Positions 55,683 to 64,000 of a DNA stretch of 64,000 bases are shown in pieces. Numbering within the stretch: position 1 is the stretch's first letter; the number at the start of each line of letters is the position of its first letter. The DNA is from Candidatus Sulfomarinibacteraceae bacterium (GTDB lineage: Bacteria > Acidobacteriota > Thermoanaerobaculia > Thermoanaerobaculales > Sulfomarinibacteraceae). The position numbers were made by a program, and so were the translations under genes. The DNA lies in assembly GCA_963796455.1 (NCBI GenBank), contig CAWCLO010000005.1, positions 1-64,000 of the forward strand, given 5' to 3'. The notes beneath the pieces were generated by a model, which was not told where the DNA came from, did no database searches, and saw only the letters and a program-made list of their open reading frames with translations.

Positions 55683-56690
55683 GCCCACAGATTACCCAGA
55701 TAACCCAGATAGCCGACGTCGCAACCACCAAGACACCAAGACACGAAGGTGCCACACCAAGAAAACCAGGGAGGCACGGAGACACAGGGAGAGAGAATGC
55801 CCGCAGATCACGCAGATAGACGCAGATCCATCGCGCTCGCTTTCGTCGCAAACACGAAGACACAAAGACACGAAGGCGTCACACCAAGAAAACCACGGAG
55901 GCACGGAGACACAGAGAGAGAACGCCCACAGATCACGCAGATGGAAGCAGATCCATCGCAAACGGTCTCGTTGCAACCACGATGGCCCACAGAACACACA
56001 GAAAAGCACAGAAGCCATCGCAAAGGCACGACCGGAGTGCAGCCGGGACGGCTGCACCACCATGGTGGTGCACGCGTCTCGCGTGCACATGGTTGAACCG
56101 CGAAGAACGCAAAGAACGCAAAGTACGCAAAGACCTGAATGGCGAGCTTGTGCGGTGTTGCCATCAGTGTCGGCAGATCGACAGACGATCTCCGATCGCC
56201 CGTCGCCGGTGAGAAGCGGGGCGCCTCCGATCGCCAGCGCTCGGAGTCACCCCGCTTCCCACCGTCCGGCACGCCTCCGGCATGCCGGATCTGCCTTGCA
56301 TCGAAGACCCCCATTCTTGATTGAAGGAAAGGGGAGGGGATAGGCGAGACCTGCGCGGTCGCGCAGGCCGCTGGGTCAGGAAATCGAGACGAAAGCTGGT
56401 TTTTGGAGCGGTTTCCTGACCCAGCGGTACCTGGCCGCCCTTGGCGGCCAGGATCTCGCCGGTACTGGGGATGTTGCCGGGAAGTCCTCTGCGTCTTTTT
56501 TTTTCCGCGACTCTGCGTCTCTGCGTTCAATACACTTTTGGAAATATGGATCCAGCAGTTCGGTGGCCTTTGCGTTGATGAACCCGGACGCTGAAGCCGT
56601 TCGACTGCTGAGATGGCAGATGCGTTCGCAAGCAGGCTGTCATCTGCGTCCATCTGCGTGATCTGCGGGCATATTGCGCGGCTTCGCGAT
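55683..56690. repeat. Composite palindromic repeat element, copy 3
   Basis: Same modules and core; core stem at 56368-56427. Confidence 0.88.
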
Positions 56691-56711
56691 GTATTCGAAT
56701 TTGCGCGCTGT

Positions 56712-57497
56712 TCAGCCCTCGTCCTCGAGCCGCCGGTAGAGTCCGGGTCGGCGGTCGTTCAGAAAGGTGAATCGTTCGCGGGCAGAGCGCACCACCTCGG
56801 GGTCGACTTCGCCGAGGACGACACCGGCTTCGTCGGCCATGGTTTCAACGACGGCCCCCCACGGGTCGAGCAGGGTCGTGTCACCGCGGTGGGGATGACC
56901 CTGGGCCTCGCCGACCCGGTTCACGCCGAGCACCCATGCCTGGTCGTCGATGGCGCGCGCCGCGAGGAGTGTTCGCCAGGCGTGGGCCCGGCGCTCGGGC
57001 CAGTTGGCAACCACCACGAAGAGATCCGTCGACTCCGCAGTGACACGGAAGAGTTCGGGGAATCTGAGGTCGTAGCAGATGAGCGGCGTGATCCGCACCC
57101 CCTCCACCTCGATGGTCGCCATCCGCTCTCCGGCCTCGAAATGTTCGGGTTCCCCGGCCAGGGTGAATGGGTGGATCTTGCGGTAGTGAAGGAGTTCATC
57201 TCCCTTTGGGGACAAGACCACGCAGGCATTGGCCGGCCGTTCTTCTCCCGGTTCTGCGAGACCGGCAACGACCCATACGGAATGCCGGGCGGCAAGATCG
57301 CGGAGGAAGGCGCGGATCACCGGCGAGTGGGCCGCCATCGCCTGCGAACGCATCGAAAAACCGGTGGCGAACATCTCCGGCAGCGCCAGCAGGCGAGCCC
57401 CCCCTGCGGCGGCTTCTGCGGCCAGCGGCTCGACGCGGCGGAAGTTTTCTGCCGGGTCCTCCCACGCGATGTCGAACTGGAGGCCGGCGACGATCAT
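56712..57497 (-). CDS. Carbon-nitrogen hydrolase (nitrilase/omega-amidase family)
   Basis: Catalytic triad LPEMF, YRKIH, ICYDLRFPE; ARAI; DPWG. Confidence 0.92.
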   Translation of the reverse strand: MIVAGLQFDIAWEDPAENFRRVEPLAAEAAAGGARLLALPEMFATGFSMRSQAMAAHSPVIRAFLRDLAARHSVWVVAGLAEPGEERPANACVVLSPKGDELLHYRKIHPFTLAGEPEHFEAGERMATIEVEGVRITPLICYDLRFPELFRVTAESTDLFVVVANWPERRAHAWRTLLAARAIDDQAWVLGVNRVGEAQGHPHRGDTTLLDPWGAVVETMADEAGVVLGEVDPEVVRSARERFTFLNDRRPGLYRRLEDEG

Positions 57498-58363
57498 GGG
57501 CCGGTGACGATGGGTACCGGGACCCGACACTCATCGAGGCGGCCGGCGAGGAGGATGTTGAATATCAACTCCTGTCCGTCATCCCATCCATCCCTCCACG
57601 ATCTCGATTCGTCCTTGGGCGCATTGTGATCGTAGCCCGAGAAGGAGGCCGTCAACAGGGACGAACAATCGGTGGGATAAAAGGAACTCATTTTCTCAGC
57701 GCCCGCCGCAAACCCGGCCAGGTAGTCGGCGTCGTCATCCAGGTCCTCGGCGATGTCGGTAGCCTTGGCGAGAGCCTTTGAGATGCCCGCCTGGACGGAG
57801 GCGTTGGTCTGCTCGGCCTTCCAGGCGGCGTAGAGTTCGAGCGTATGTTCGTAGTCGTCGGGCAGCTCCTCGAGCTCGCGTCCGTTCCAGTCATCTGATT
57901 CCCAGGCTGCTTCGAGGGAAGAAAAGAGCGTGATCCGCTGCTTGATCTGGGCCAGGATCGCCTCCATATCGCCGCTCTTCACCTGGTCCCTGGGGACGGG
58001 GAAGATCATCTGCACCTTGCAGACCCGGTCGTCGTAGAGTTCGAATGGGCCGTCCGTCCGTCTGGTCCGGATCCCGGTATTCAGGGTCAGCAACAGATCG
58101 ACCCGCTGCCGTTTGACCTTGACGTTGTCGATCTTGACGATTTCACCGGCATTGAATCGATTCGGGGCCTTGCTGGCAACCCCTCCGGCAGAGACCGTGT
58201 TGTCGTTGTAGGACCCGCTGCAACTCGAATAAAGCTCCGTCTCGACGACGCCCCAGGCTCCCTTGAGTTCGCGGTTGAGGCGGTCACCGAGTTCGGATGC
58301 GACGAGCGTCGATGAGAGCGTGAGAGTGAAAAGGCTCAAAAACAACAGCTGGCGAGCGTGCAT
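57494..58363 (-). CDS. Exported hypothetical protein
   Basis: GGAGG RBS, signal peptide, ATGA overlap with the downstream hydrolase. Confidence 0.72.
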   Translation of the reverse strand: MHARQLLFLSLFTLTLSSTLVASELGDRLNRELKGAWGVVETELYSSCSGSYNDNTVSAGGVASKAPNRFNAGEIVKIDNVKVKRQRVDLLLTLNTGIRTRRTDGPFELYDDRVCKVQMIFPVPRDQVKSGDMEAILAQIKQRITLFSSLEAAWESDDWNGRELEELPDDYEHTLELYAAWKAEQTNASVQAGISKALAKATDIAEDLDDDADYLAGFAAGAEKMSSFYPTDCSSLLTASFSGYDHNAPKDESRSWRDGWDDGQELIFNILLAGRLDECRVPVPIVTGP

Positions 58364-58434
58364 ATCGGACCTCCGCTGGTTTCATCGAGGCTACCACGCA
58401 CCCCGATCGGGTTCTGCCATAATGCTGGCGTCTC

Positions 58435-59289
58435 ATGAATGGTGAAGAACCTCAAACCAACGATTGGGCGGCTCAACCTTCTCAGCCCCGACGCCGGCGG
58501 CCGCGGGCGCCGGCGGTGAAGGTCATCATCGGTTTGAACATCGCGGTCTTTCTCGCGTGGCAGGCGGCCGTATTGTCGCCGGCCCTCGAGTTGTTCATGT
58601 TCGAAAACTTCCTGGTCAGCAGCACCCACCTTGCCCACGGTCACGTGTGGACGCTCGTGACCGCCGCCTTTTCCCACAACGAAATCTGGCATCTCGCGAT
58701 CAACATGTTTGTTTTATGGAGTTTCGGGGTTGTGTTGGAACATCTGTGGGGGACCCGAACCTTCGTCACTTTCTATCTCACCGCGGCGGTGGTGGCGTCG
58801 CTCTGCCACTGCGCCGTCTCTTCGTTCTTGATGGGCAGCCCCGACATACCGGCCCTCGGTGCATCGGGTGCGGTCAGTGGCTTGTTGCTTGCCTATGCGT
58901 TTCATTTTCCCCGCTCCAAGATCCTCCTCTTCGGCATCGTGCCGGTGCCGGCGCTGGTCGGTGTTCTCGGTTTTGTCGGCATCGATCTGTGGGGGCTCTT
59001 CGCACAGACCCGCGGGGGTGGTTTGCCGATCGGTCATGGGGCGCATCTCGGAGGGGCTCTTGCAGGCGCGCTGATGTTTTTCTTCTATCTGCGCGAAAGA
59101 TATCGGATTCCAGCGCCCGCCCCGGCCACCACCGTGCGCGCCCTCGACCCTGATGAGGCACGCGAATTTGAACGGATTCGTTACAAGGTCGAGAGTCTGG
59201 GGCCGCAGTCATTGAACCCCAAGGAGCAGGCATTTCTCGATCAATTGCGGGCACGGGTGATGGGGGATCCCGGTCCTCCACAGGTGTGA
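58435..59289 (+). CDS. Rhomboid intramembrane serine protease
   Basis: WTLVT..FSH...HLAINM, GASG, AHLGG. Confidence 0.92.
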   Translation: MNGEEPQTNDWAAQPSQPRRRRPRAPAVKVIIGLNIAVFLAWQAAVLSPALELFMFENFLVSSTHLAHGHVWTLVTAAFSHNEIWHLAINMFVLWSFGVVLEHLWGTRTFVTFYLTAAVVASLCHCAVSSFLMGSPDIPALGASGAVSGLLLAYAFHFPRSKILLFGIVPVPALVGVLGFVGIDLWGLFAQTRGGGLPIGHGAHLGGALAGALMFFFYLRERYRIPAPAPATTVRALDPDEAREFERIRYKVESLGPQSLNPKEQAFLDQLRARVMGDPGPPQV

Positions 59290-59350
59290 GATTCCGGTTT
59301 GCTGAGTGATTGTCAGAATGGTTCATGTCGCGAGCTTCGGGAGGTATTGA

Positions 59351-60778
59351 ATGGGTGGTGACGCGCGAAAGATCCGTATGCAGACCTTCGAGTCCTTCAG
59401 CGAAGTCTTTGCCAGCGCCCCGATACGGCTGATGAGCCGCACGGTCAGCGCCATGCGCGCCCTCGGCTACGAAGACCTGGCGTCGGCCATCGGCGATCTC
59501 GATTGGCGGACGGTGCCCGAGGATGATCCCGAAGACCCGAACCTCCACCACGATTGGCAAAGCCTGCTCGATGCGGCCTTTGCACACGTGGACGGCTGGC
59601 TGCCCGAGCTGAGCCCACACCCGTATGGTTACAACCTGGACTCGATTGGTTTTCCGGCGGTCACCCGTGCGTGGAGCGGTCTCTGGTCGACACAACTCGG
59701 TATCGATTTCAAAAACGAAACCCATTCGCCGGCCGAGATCATCGTGTTTCACGGCGGCAACCAGGCCCTCCAGGCTTCGCTTCTGGCCGTGGCGGAGGCG
59801 CGCCGAAATCGGGTCTGCAATGCCAGTCCCTCAACCGTTCTTGTGCCGATCCCGACCTTCTCCTGCCCGATGGACCAGATGGCCTTGCAGGGGATGAACG
59901 TGGTGCTCCTCCCGCCCGGCCGGGCGGACATGGATCCAAGCCCCGAGGATCTCGATCAGGTGCCCGAGGACGTGGACATCGACGGCGTCTATCTCATGCC
60001 GATCAACAATCCCACCGGTCGGACCCTGCCGCCGGATCAGATGCGGGCCTTTGTCGATGCGGTGCTCGATCGCTGGCCGCACGCCGGTGTGATTCTCGAC
60101 TCGGTCTATGTGCGGCTCCATCCCCGCTATCGGGATCTTCTCTCCTGGTATGAGGAGGATCCCCGCTACGCGGATGCGGTGCTGTTCATCGATTCCCTGT
60201 CCAAGACCCACGGCGTCACGGGGCTTCGCGCCGGCGCCATCCTGACTCGCTCCGACAGACTCAGAAACGGCATTGTCCGCTACGCACAGAACATCATGGC
60301 CGGGCCGTCCAACGCGATGCAGGCGGTGATGATGTCCCTGTTGGCGCCATTCGCCCTCGGCGACGACGAAGTCGCCAGCCATCGCATCCAACTCAGCGTG
60401 AGGATCGGGAAACATCTGCAGCGCCGTCGCCGTTTGTTGACCGCTGCGGCCTTCGAACGATACGGCGAGCTCTTTGACGACGATCAACCCCTCCTTCCGG
60501 ATCCGAATGGCTTCGATTGGGAAGGCTCCATGTACGCCGATCCCCAGTTGTCGCCGCGCTGCCGCGAAATCGCCGCCGACAACGACATCTCGCCGACGGT
60601 CGCCTTCTATCTCGAGACCGGGATCGGTGGTGTGCCCCTTGACGGATTCTGCCGCAACCCGAATCTCGAACGGCACGGGTTGGTGGTGAATGCCGGCTCA
60701 GAGCGACTCGCGGCTTTTCAAAAGGAAGCCAGCAAGTATGTGCGGCTGTCCTTTGGGATGACCCCACCACCACGGTGA
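59351..60778 (+). CDS. PLP-dependent aminotransferase class I/II-like protein
   Basis: GGNQAL, NNPTG, DSVY, SLSKTHG..GLRAG, VRLSF. Confidence 0.85.
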   Translation: MGGDARKIRMQTFESFSEVFASAPIRLMSRTVSAMRALGYEDLASAIGDLDWRTVPEDDPEDPNLHHDWQSLLDAAFAHVDGWLPELSPHPYGYNLDSIGFPAVTRAWSGLWSTQLGIDFKNETHSPAEIIVFHGGNQALQASLLAVAEARRNRVCNASPSTVLVPIPTFSCPMDQMALQGMNVVLLPPGRADMDPSPEDLDQVPEDVDIDGVYLMPINNPTGRTLPPDQMRAFVDAVLDRWPHAGVILDSVYVRLHPRYRDLLSWYEEDPRYADAVLFIDSLSKTHGVTGLRAGAILTRSDRLRNGIVRYAQNIMAGPSNAMQAVMMSLLAPFALGDDEVASHRIQLSVRIGKHLQRRRRLLTAAAFERYGELFDDDQPLLPDPNGFDWEGSMYADPQLSPRCREIAADNDISPTVAFYLETGIGGVPLDGFCRNPNLERHGLVVNAGSERLAAFQKEASKYVRLSFGMTPPPR

Positions 60779-60988
60779 GTTTTCGGGCGATAGGCTATGG
60801 GCTTCAGGCTGTGGCATTTGAGGGGTGAATCGGTCGCGATCGATTGCGGTCGGGTGACTCCTTCAGGTTGGAGGTTGCGTTTCGTTCGAAATGGCCGTGA
60901 CGGACGAAATGCTTGCAGCCCACGCCAGGCCTTTTCGGGGACCGGCAGCAAGAGAACCCGTAGCCGAGCTTCCCTGAACCCCTGATCC

Positions 60989-62623
60989 CTATCCGTCAGC
61001 GTCCGCTGGGGTTGGAGCAATCGCCGAGACCGCCAATGCCGCAAATCCTGCCAGGAAAAACGCCGGGACCAGTTCGTAGAAGTTGGACAAACCCCACTGC
61101 TGGACGAGCCACCAACTCGCGACGGTGATCAAACAAGCCGCTGCGACCGCGGTGAAATCACCCCGAGAGAATGCGCGGGTCACCCGACCGAGGACGAAGA
61201 TGGCCGCCGCGAGCAGGAGCGTGATCCACCAGGCCCGGGCGAAACCGTCGGGGTTTGACGCGATGTCGCGACCGAGCTTCCAGACGACGGTGACCCCGAT
61301 GCCGGTGAGCATGGCTGCGAGGGCTCCGTGGCGATTGACCGATCGTTTGGTCAAGGCCAGCAGAACCAGCGGTGCAAAGGCCGCACCGAGGCCTGACCAG
61401 GCAAAGAGCACGAACCAGAAGACCAGACGAACCTCCGAGAGCGCGACCAGGATGCCGATCAACCCGACGATGGCCACCGTCCAACGCCCGAGGGTCAGGC
61501 TGCGACGATCGTCCCGTGCCTGGCCGAAGGTCTCTTCCACAAGATCGTAAGAAACCGCCGACGCCGCCACCAGAAGTTGCGAAGAAACGGTGGAGAGAAT
61601 TGCCGAAATCACTGCGGCCAGCAACAACCCGGCGAGCACCGGGTGAACGAGTTTCAGGGCGATCGCCATCAATGCCTGTTCGCCGTCTGCAAGATCGGGA
61701 ATCATCACCCGGCCGACGAGACCGACGACTCCCGCGCCGTAGAAAACCGCCACTCCCCAGAGCATGGCGATCACCTGGAGACGTTGGATTTCGCGATCGT
61801 CGCGCGCCGCCATATAGCGGGTGATGACGTGGGGCATCCCGGGGTAACCGAGACCGATCCCGAGGTTGCCGATGACAAATCCGAACAATACCGGTCCGAT
61901 GCGATCGCCTCCGGCGGACAGGAGGTGTGGGCTGATCGATCCCAGGCCCTGGATGAGGGCATCGAGCCCACCGAGACGAGCGATGGCATAAACCGGGAGC
62001 GCGATCAGAGCGCCGGCGACCAACAGACCCTGAAAAAGATCGGTCCACGCGACGGCGCGAAATCCTCCGAGCGAGGTGACCAGGATGATGACTGCAGCGC
62101 CGATCACGACGCCCAGGATGTATCCCCCGCGCCCCTCGAGGCCGAATGACGAGGAGAAGGCCTTGCCCGCGGCGGTCATCTGCGCCGCAACGTATCCCAT
62201 CATGCACAATAGGACGATCGAGGTGGCGGTCACCCGGAGGACGTTGCGGGGGTCGCCCCACCGACGGGTGATGATGTCGGTCATTGTGATCGAGCCCTGG
62301 GCCTCGGACAGGGGCCGCAGCCGAGGCGCGACGATATAGACGTTGACCATATAACCGAGCAGACAACCGGGTGCGTACCACAGACCGGAGATCCCGTGAG
62401 TAAAGGTCATCCCGACCGCGCCGAGGGTGACCCAGCCGGATTCGGAGCTTGCGGTGGACGACACCCCGGCCGCCCAGGCGCCGAGCGATCGGCCGGCCAG
62501 ATGAAAGTCCTCGCCGCCGTGGGTACGTCGCGCCGCTCGCCAACCGATAAAGATCAGAATCCCGAGATACGCGAACATCACGACGGCGACGGTGGTGAGG
62601 GTGGAGCCCTCGAGCGGCGTCAC
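60989..62623 (-). CDS. Sodium/proline symporter (PutP-like SSS)
   Basis: DFHLAGRSLG, ASSESGW, GLGYPGMPHVITRYMA, SAILSTVSSQLL, YELVPAF. GTG start after AAGGAG. Confidence 0.88.
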   Translation of the reverse strand: MTPLEGSTLTTVAVVMFAYLGILIFIGWRAARRTHGGEDFHLAGRSLGAWAAGVSSTASSESGWVTLGAVGMTFTHGISGLWYAPGCLLGYMVNVYIVAPRLRPLSEAQGSITMTDIITRRWGDPRNVLRVTATSIVLLCMMGYVAAQMTAAGKAFSSSFGLEGRGGYILGVVIGAAVIILVTSLGGFRAVAWTDLFQGLLVAGALIALPVYAIARLGGLDALIQGLGSISPHLLSAGGDRIGPVLFGFVIGNLGIGLGYPGMPHVITRYMAARDDREIQRLQVIAMLWGVAVFYGAGVVGLVGRVMIPDLADGEQALMAIALKLVHPVLAGLLLAAVISAILSTVSSQLLVAASAVSYDLVEETFGQARDDRRSLTLGRWTVAIVGLIGILVALSEVRLVFWFVLFAWSGLGAAFAPLVLLALTKRSVNRHGALAAMLTGIGVTVVWKLGRDIASNPDGFARAWWITLLLAAAIFVLGRVTRAFSRGDFTAVAAACLITVASWWLVQQWGLSNFYELVPAFFLAGFAALAVSAIAPTPADADG

Positions 62624-62742
62624 TGCTTGCGCTCCTTGGAGCGGGAATCCAGGAGGCTCTCGCCGACCACAAAGATCGTCAGAACCAGAGGGAACACCCA
62701 ACTCAGCAGATGGGCGCCGAGGGTCAGCGAGTAGTTCTCCAT
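62620..62742 (-). CDS. 40-aa single-TM protein coupled to the symporter (not in the ORF track)
   Basis: AAGGAGG RBS; MENYSLTLGAHLLSWVFPLVLTIFVVGESLLDSRSKERKQ*; GTGA overlap with the symporter start. Confidence 0.7.
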   Translation of the reverse strand: MENYSLTLGAHLLSWVFPLVLTIFVVGESLLDSRSKERKQ

Positions 62743-62777
62743 CACGGCCTCCTTGCCCGTGAAGTGTAACGCGGAAG

Positions 62778-63872
62778 AGGAGCAGAGGAGCAGAGGGGCA
62801 GAGGGGCAGAGGGCACCCGCCCCTCATCACGTAAAGAGCTTCCTGTACGGTTCTCCCTTTCCCCTTTCCCCCTTTCTCCCTTCTCCCTTTCCCCTTTCTC
62901 CCTTTCGGGAACGGGATCGGAACTGTCGTTCAAGATGTCATCCTGAGCGAAGCGCCTTCGGCGCGAAGTCGAAGGATCTGCGGTCACGGGTCTTTCCCTT
63001 GTGCGTCATAGATCCTTCGACTGCGCCCCTGTGGGGCTGCGCTCAGGATGACATCGGGAGGCGACATGCCCGTGCAGGAGGAATCAGCGCCGGGTGGTTC
63101 TCCCTTTCCCCCTTTCCCCCTTTCCCCCGTTCTCCCTTTCAGGATCGGTATCCACCGCAGCCGTTCGATAGCGATAGCGATTCCGATAGCGATAGCGAGG
63201 ATGTCGAGCGATCCTCTGCTCCTCCGCCCCCGTGCCCCTCTGCCATGTGGACGCTTGTTCTCGCTTTCGGGATCGGGATCGAAACTGTCGTTCAAGATGT
63301 CATCCTGAGCGAAGCGCCTATGGCGCGAAGTCGAAGGATCTGCGGTCTGAGGCGGAGCCGTTCTATCTCATAGATCCTTCGACTGCGCCCCTGTGGGGCT
63401 GCGCTCAGGATGACATCGGGAGGCGACATACCCGTGCAGGAGGAATCAGCGCCGGGTGGTTCTCCCTTTCCCCCTTTCCCCCTTTCTCCCTTTCAGGAGC
63501 GGTATCCACCGCAGCCGTTCGATAGCGATAGCGATTCCGATAGCGATAGCGAGGATGTCGAGCGATCCTCTGCTCCTCCGCCCCCGTGCCCCTCTGCCAT
63601 GTGGACGCTTGTTCTCGCTTTCGGGATCGGGATCGAAACTGTCGTTCAAGATGTCATCCTGAGCGAAGCGCCTATGGCGCGAAGTCGAAGGATCTGCGGT
63701 CTGAGGCGGAGCCGTTCTATCTCATAGATCCTTCGACTGCGCCCCTGTGGGGCTGCGCTCAGAATGACATCGGGAGGCGACATACCCGTGCAGGAGGAAT
63801 CAGCGCCGGGTGGTTCTCCCTTTCTCCCTTTCAGGAGCGGTATCCACCGCAGCCGTTCGATACCGATAGCGA
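62778..63872. repeat. Tandem array of three ~355-360 bp units, each with a GTCATCCTGAGC palindrome, octamer purine/pyrimidine tracts and GATAGC hexamers
   Basis: CAAGATGTCATCCTGAGC recurs at 62931, 63293 and 63647 (periods 362 and 354 bp). Confidence 0.9.
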
Positions 63873-63915
63873 GCGCCTCCTCCGCCAACCTGGTTCGGGA
63901 TCGAGCATCGAGCAT

Positions 63916-64000
63916 CACTGCTGTCCAAAACAAATCGGCATGTGAGGTTGCGCACCAGGAAGCACGAGATTTGCGGGTCGGTTTTTGGAAATTTCCGTTC
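63916..64000. mobile_element. Left end of another MITE-like element (runs off the window)
   Basis: AT|CACTGCTGTCCAAAACAAATCG...CACGAG.TTTG, similar to 1335-1420; preceded by GCATCGA heptamers. Confidence 0.5.

Noticed and set aside
62778..63872. Possible CRISPR array
   Set aside because: Units are ~355 bp with no unique spacers, and no cas genes are present.

Overview
A GC-rich bacterial chromosomal window from a diderm with outer-membrane beta-barrels and a sortase. The gene content resembles Acidobacteriota/Thermoanaerobaculia-type sediment bacteria; this is inference, not proven. No rRNA, tRNA or CRISPR array was seen. In order: (1) 1-11 kb: a MalT-like LuxR regulator with envelope genes (DUF1254, DUF481, MscS, DUF2490, SphA-like), two of which share an upstream GGGGA-rich motif. 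(2) 11-20.4 kb: a sigma-54 locus with a Cys-for-Asp pseudo-receiver activator, paired enhancer sites, a canonical -24/-12 promoter, a sensor kinase, three stand-alone receivers, a TauE/SafE exporter and a PEP-synthase-like protein. (3) 20-39 kb: MscS, DUF481, a sortase with its LPXTG substrate, ADH, ion channels, a hybrid kinase, an SSS transporter and a PIG-L deacetylase. (4) 39.2-48.8 kb, the best candidate for an undescribed system: two gene pairs of paralogous STAND-like P-loop ATPases (exported TPR-TM-ATPase plus ATPase-Ser/Thr kinase; degenerate ATPase plus wHTH-ATPase) flanking two paralogous FadL-like barrels. Both barrel promoters carry the same three TGAGG boxes at 11-bp spacing plus an extended -10, and a 42-aa membrane micro-ORF lies between them. 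(5) 49-63 kb: metabolic and housekeeping genes (non-Pyl MttB, Gfo/Idh/MocA, M29-like peptidase, queD, nitrilase-family hydrolase, rhomboid, aminotransferase, PutP-like symporter). Intergenic space holds a layered repeat system: heptamer microsatellites, GTGG-REP hairpins, three ~1 kb composite elements with a covarying hairpin core, a MITE-like element abutting heptamer repeats, and a GTCATCCTGAGC palindrome whose interior is flipped between copies. Four single-base frameshifts in three genes may be assembly errors. All protein assignments come from motif recognition by eye; no database search was run.
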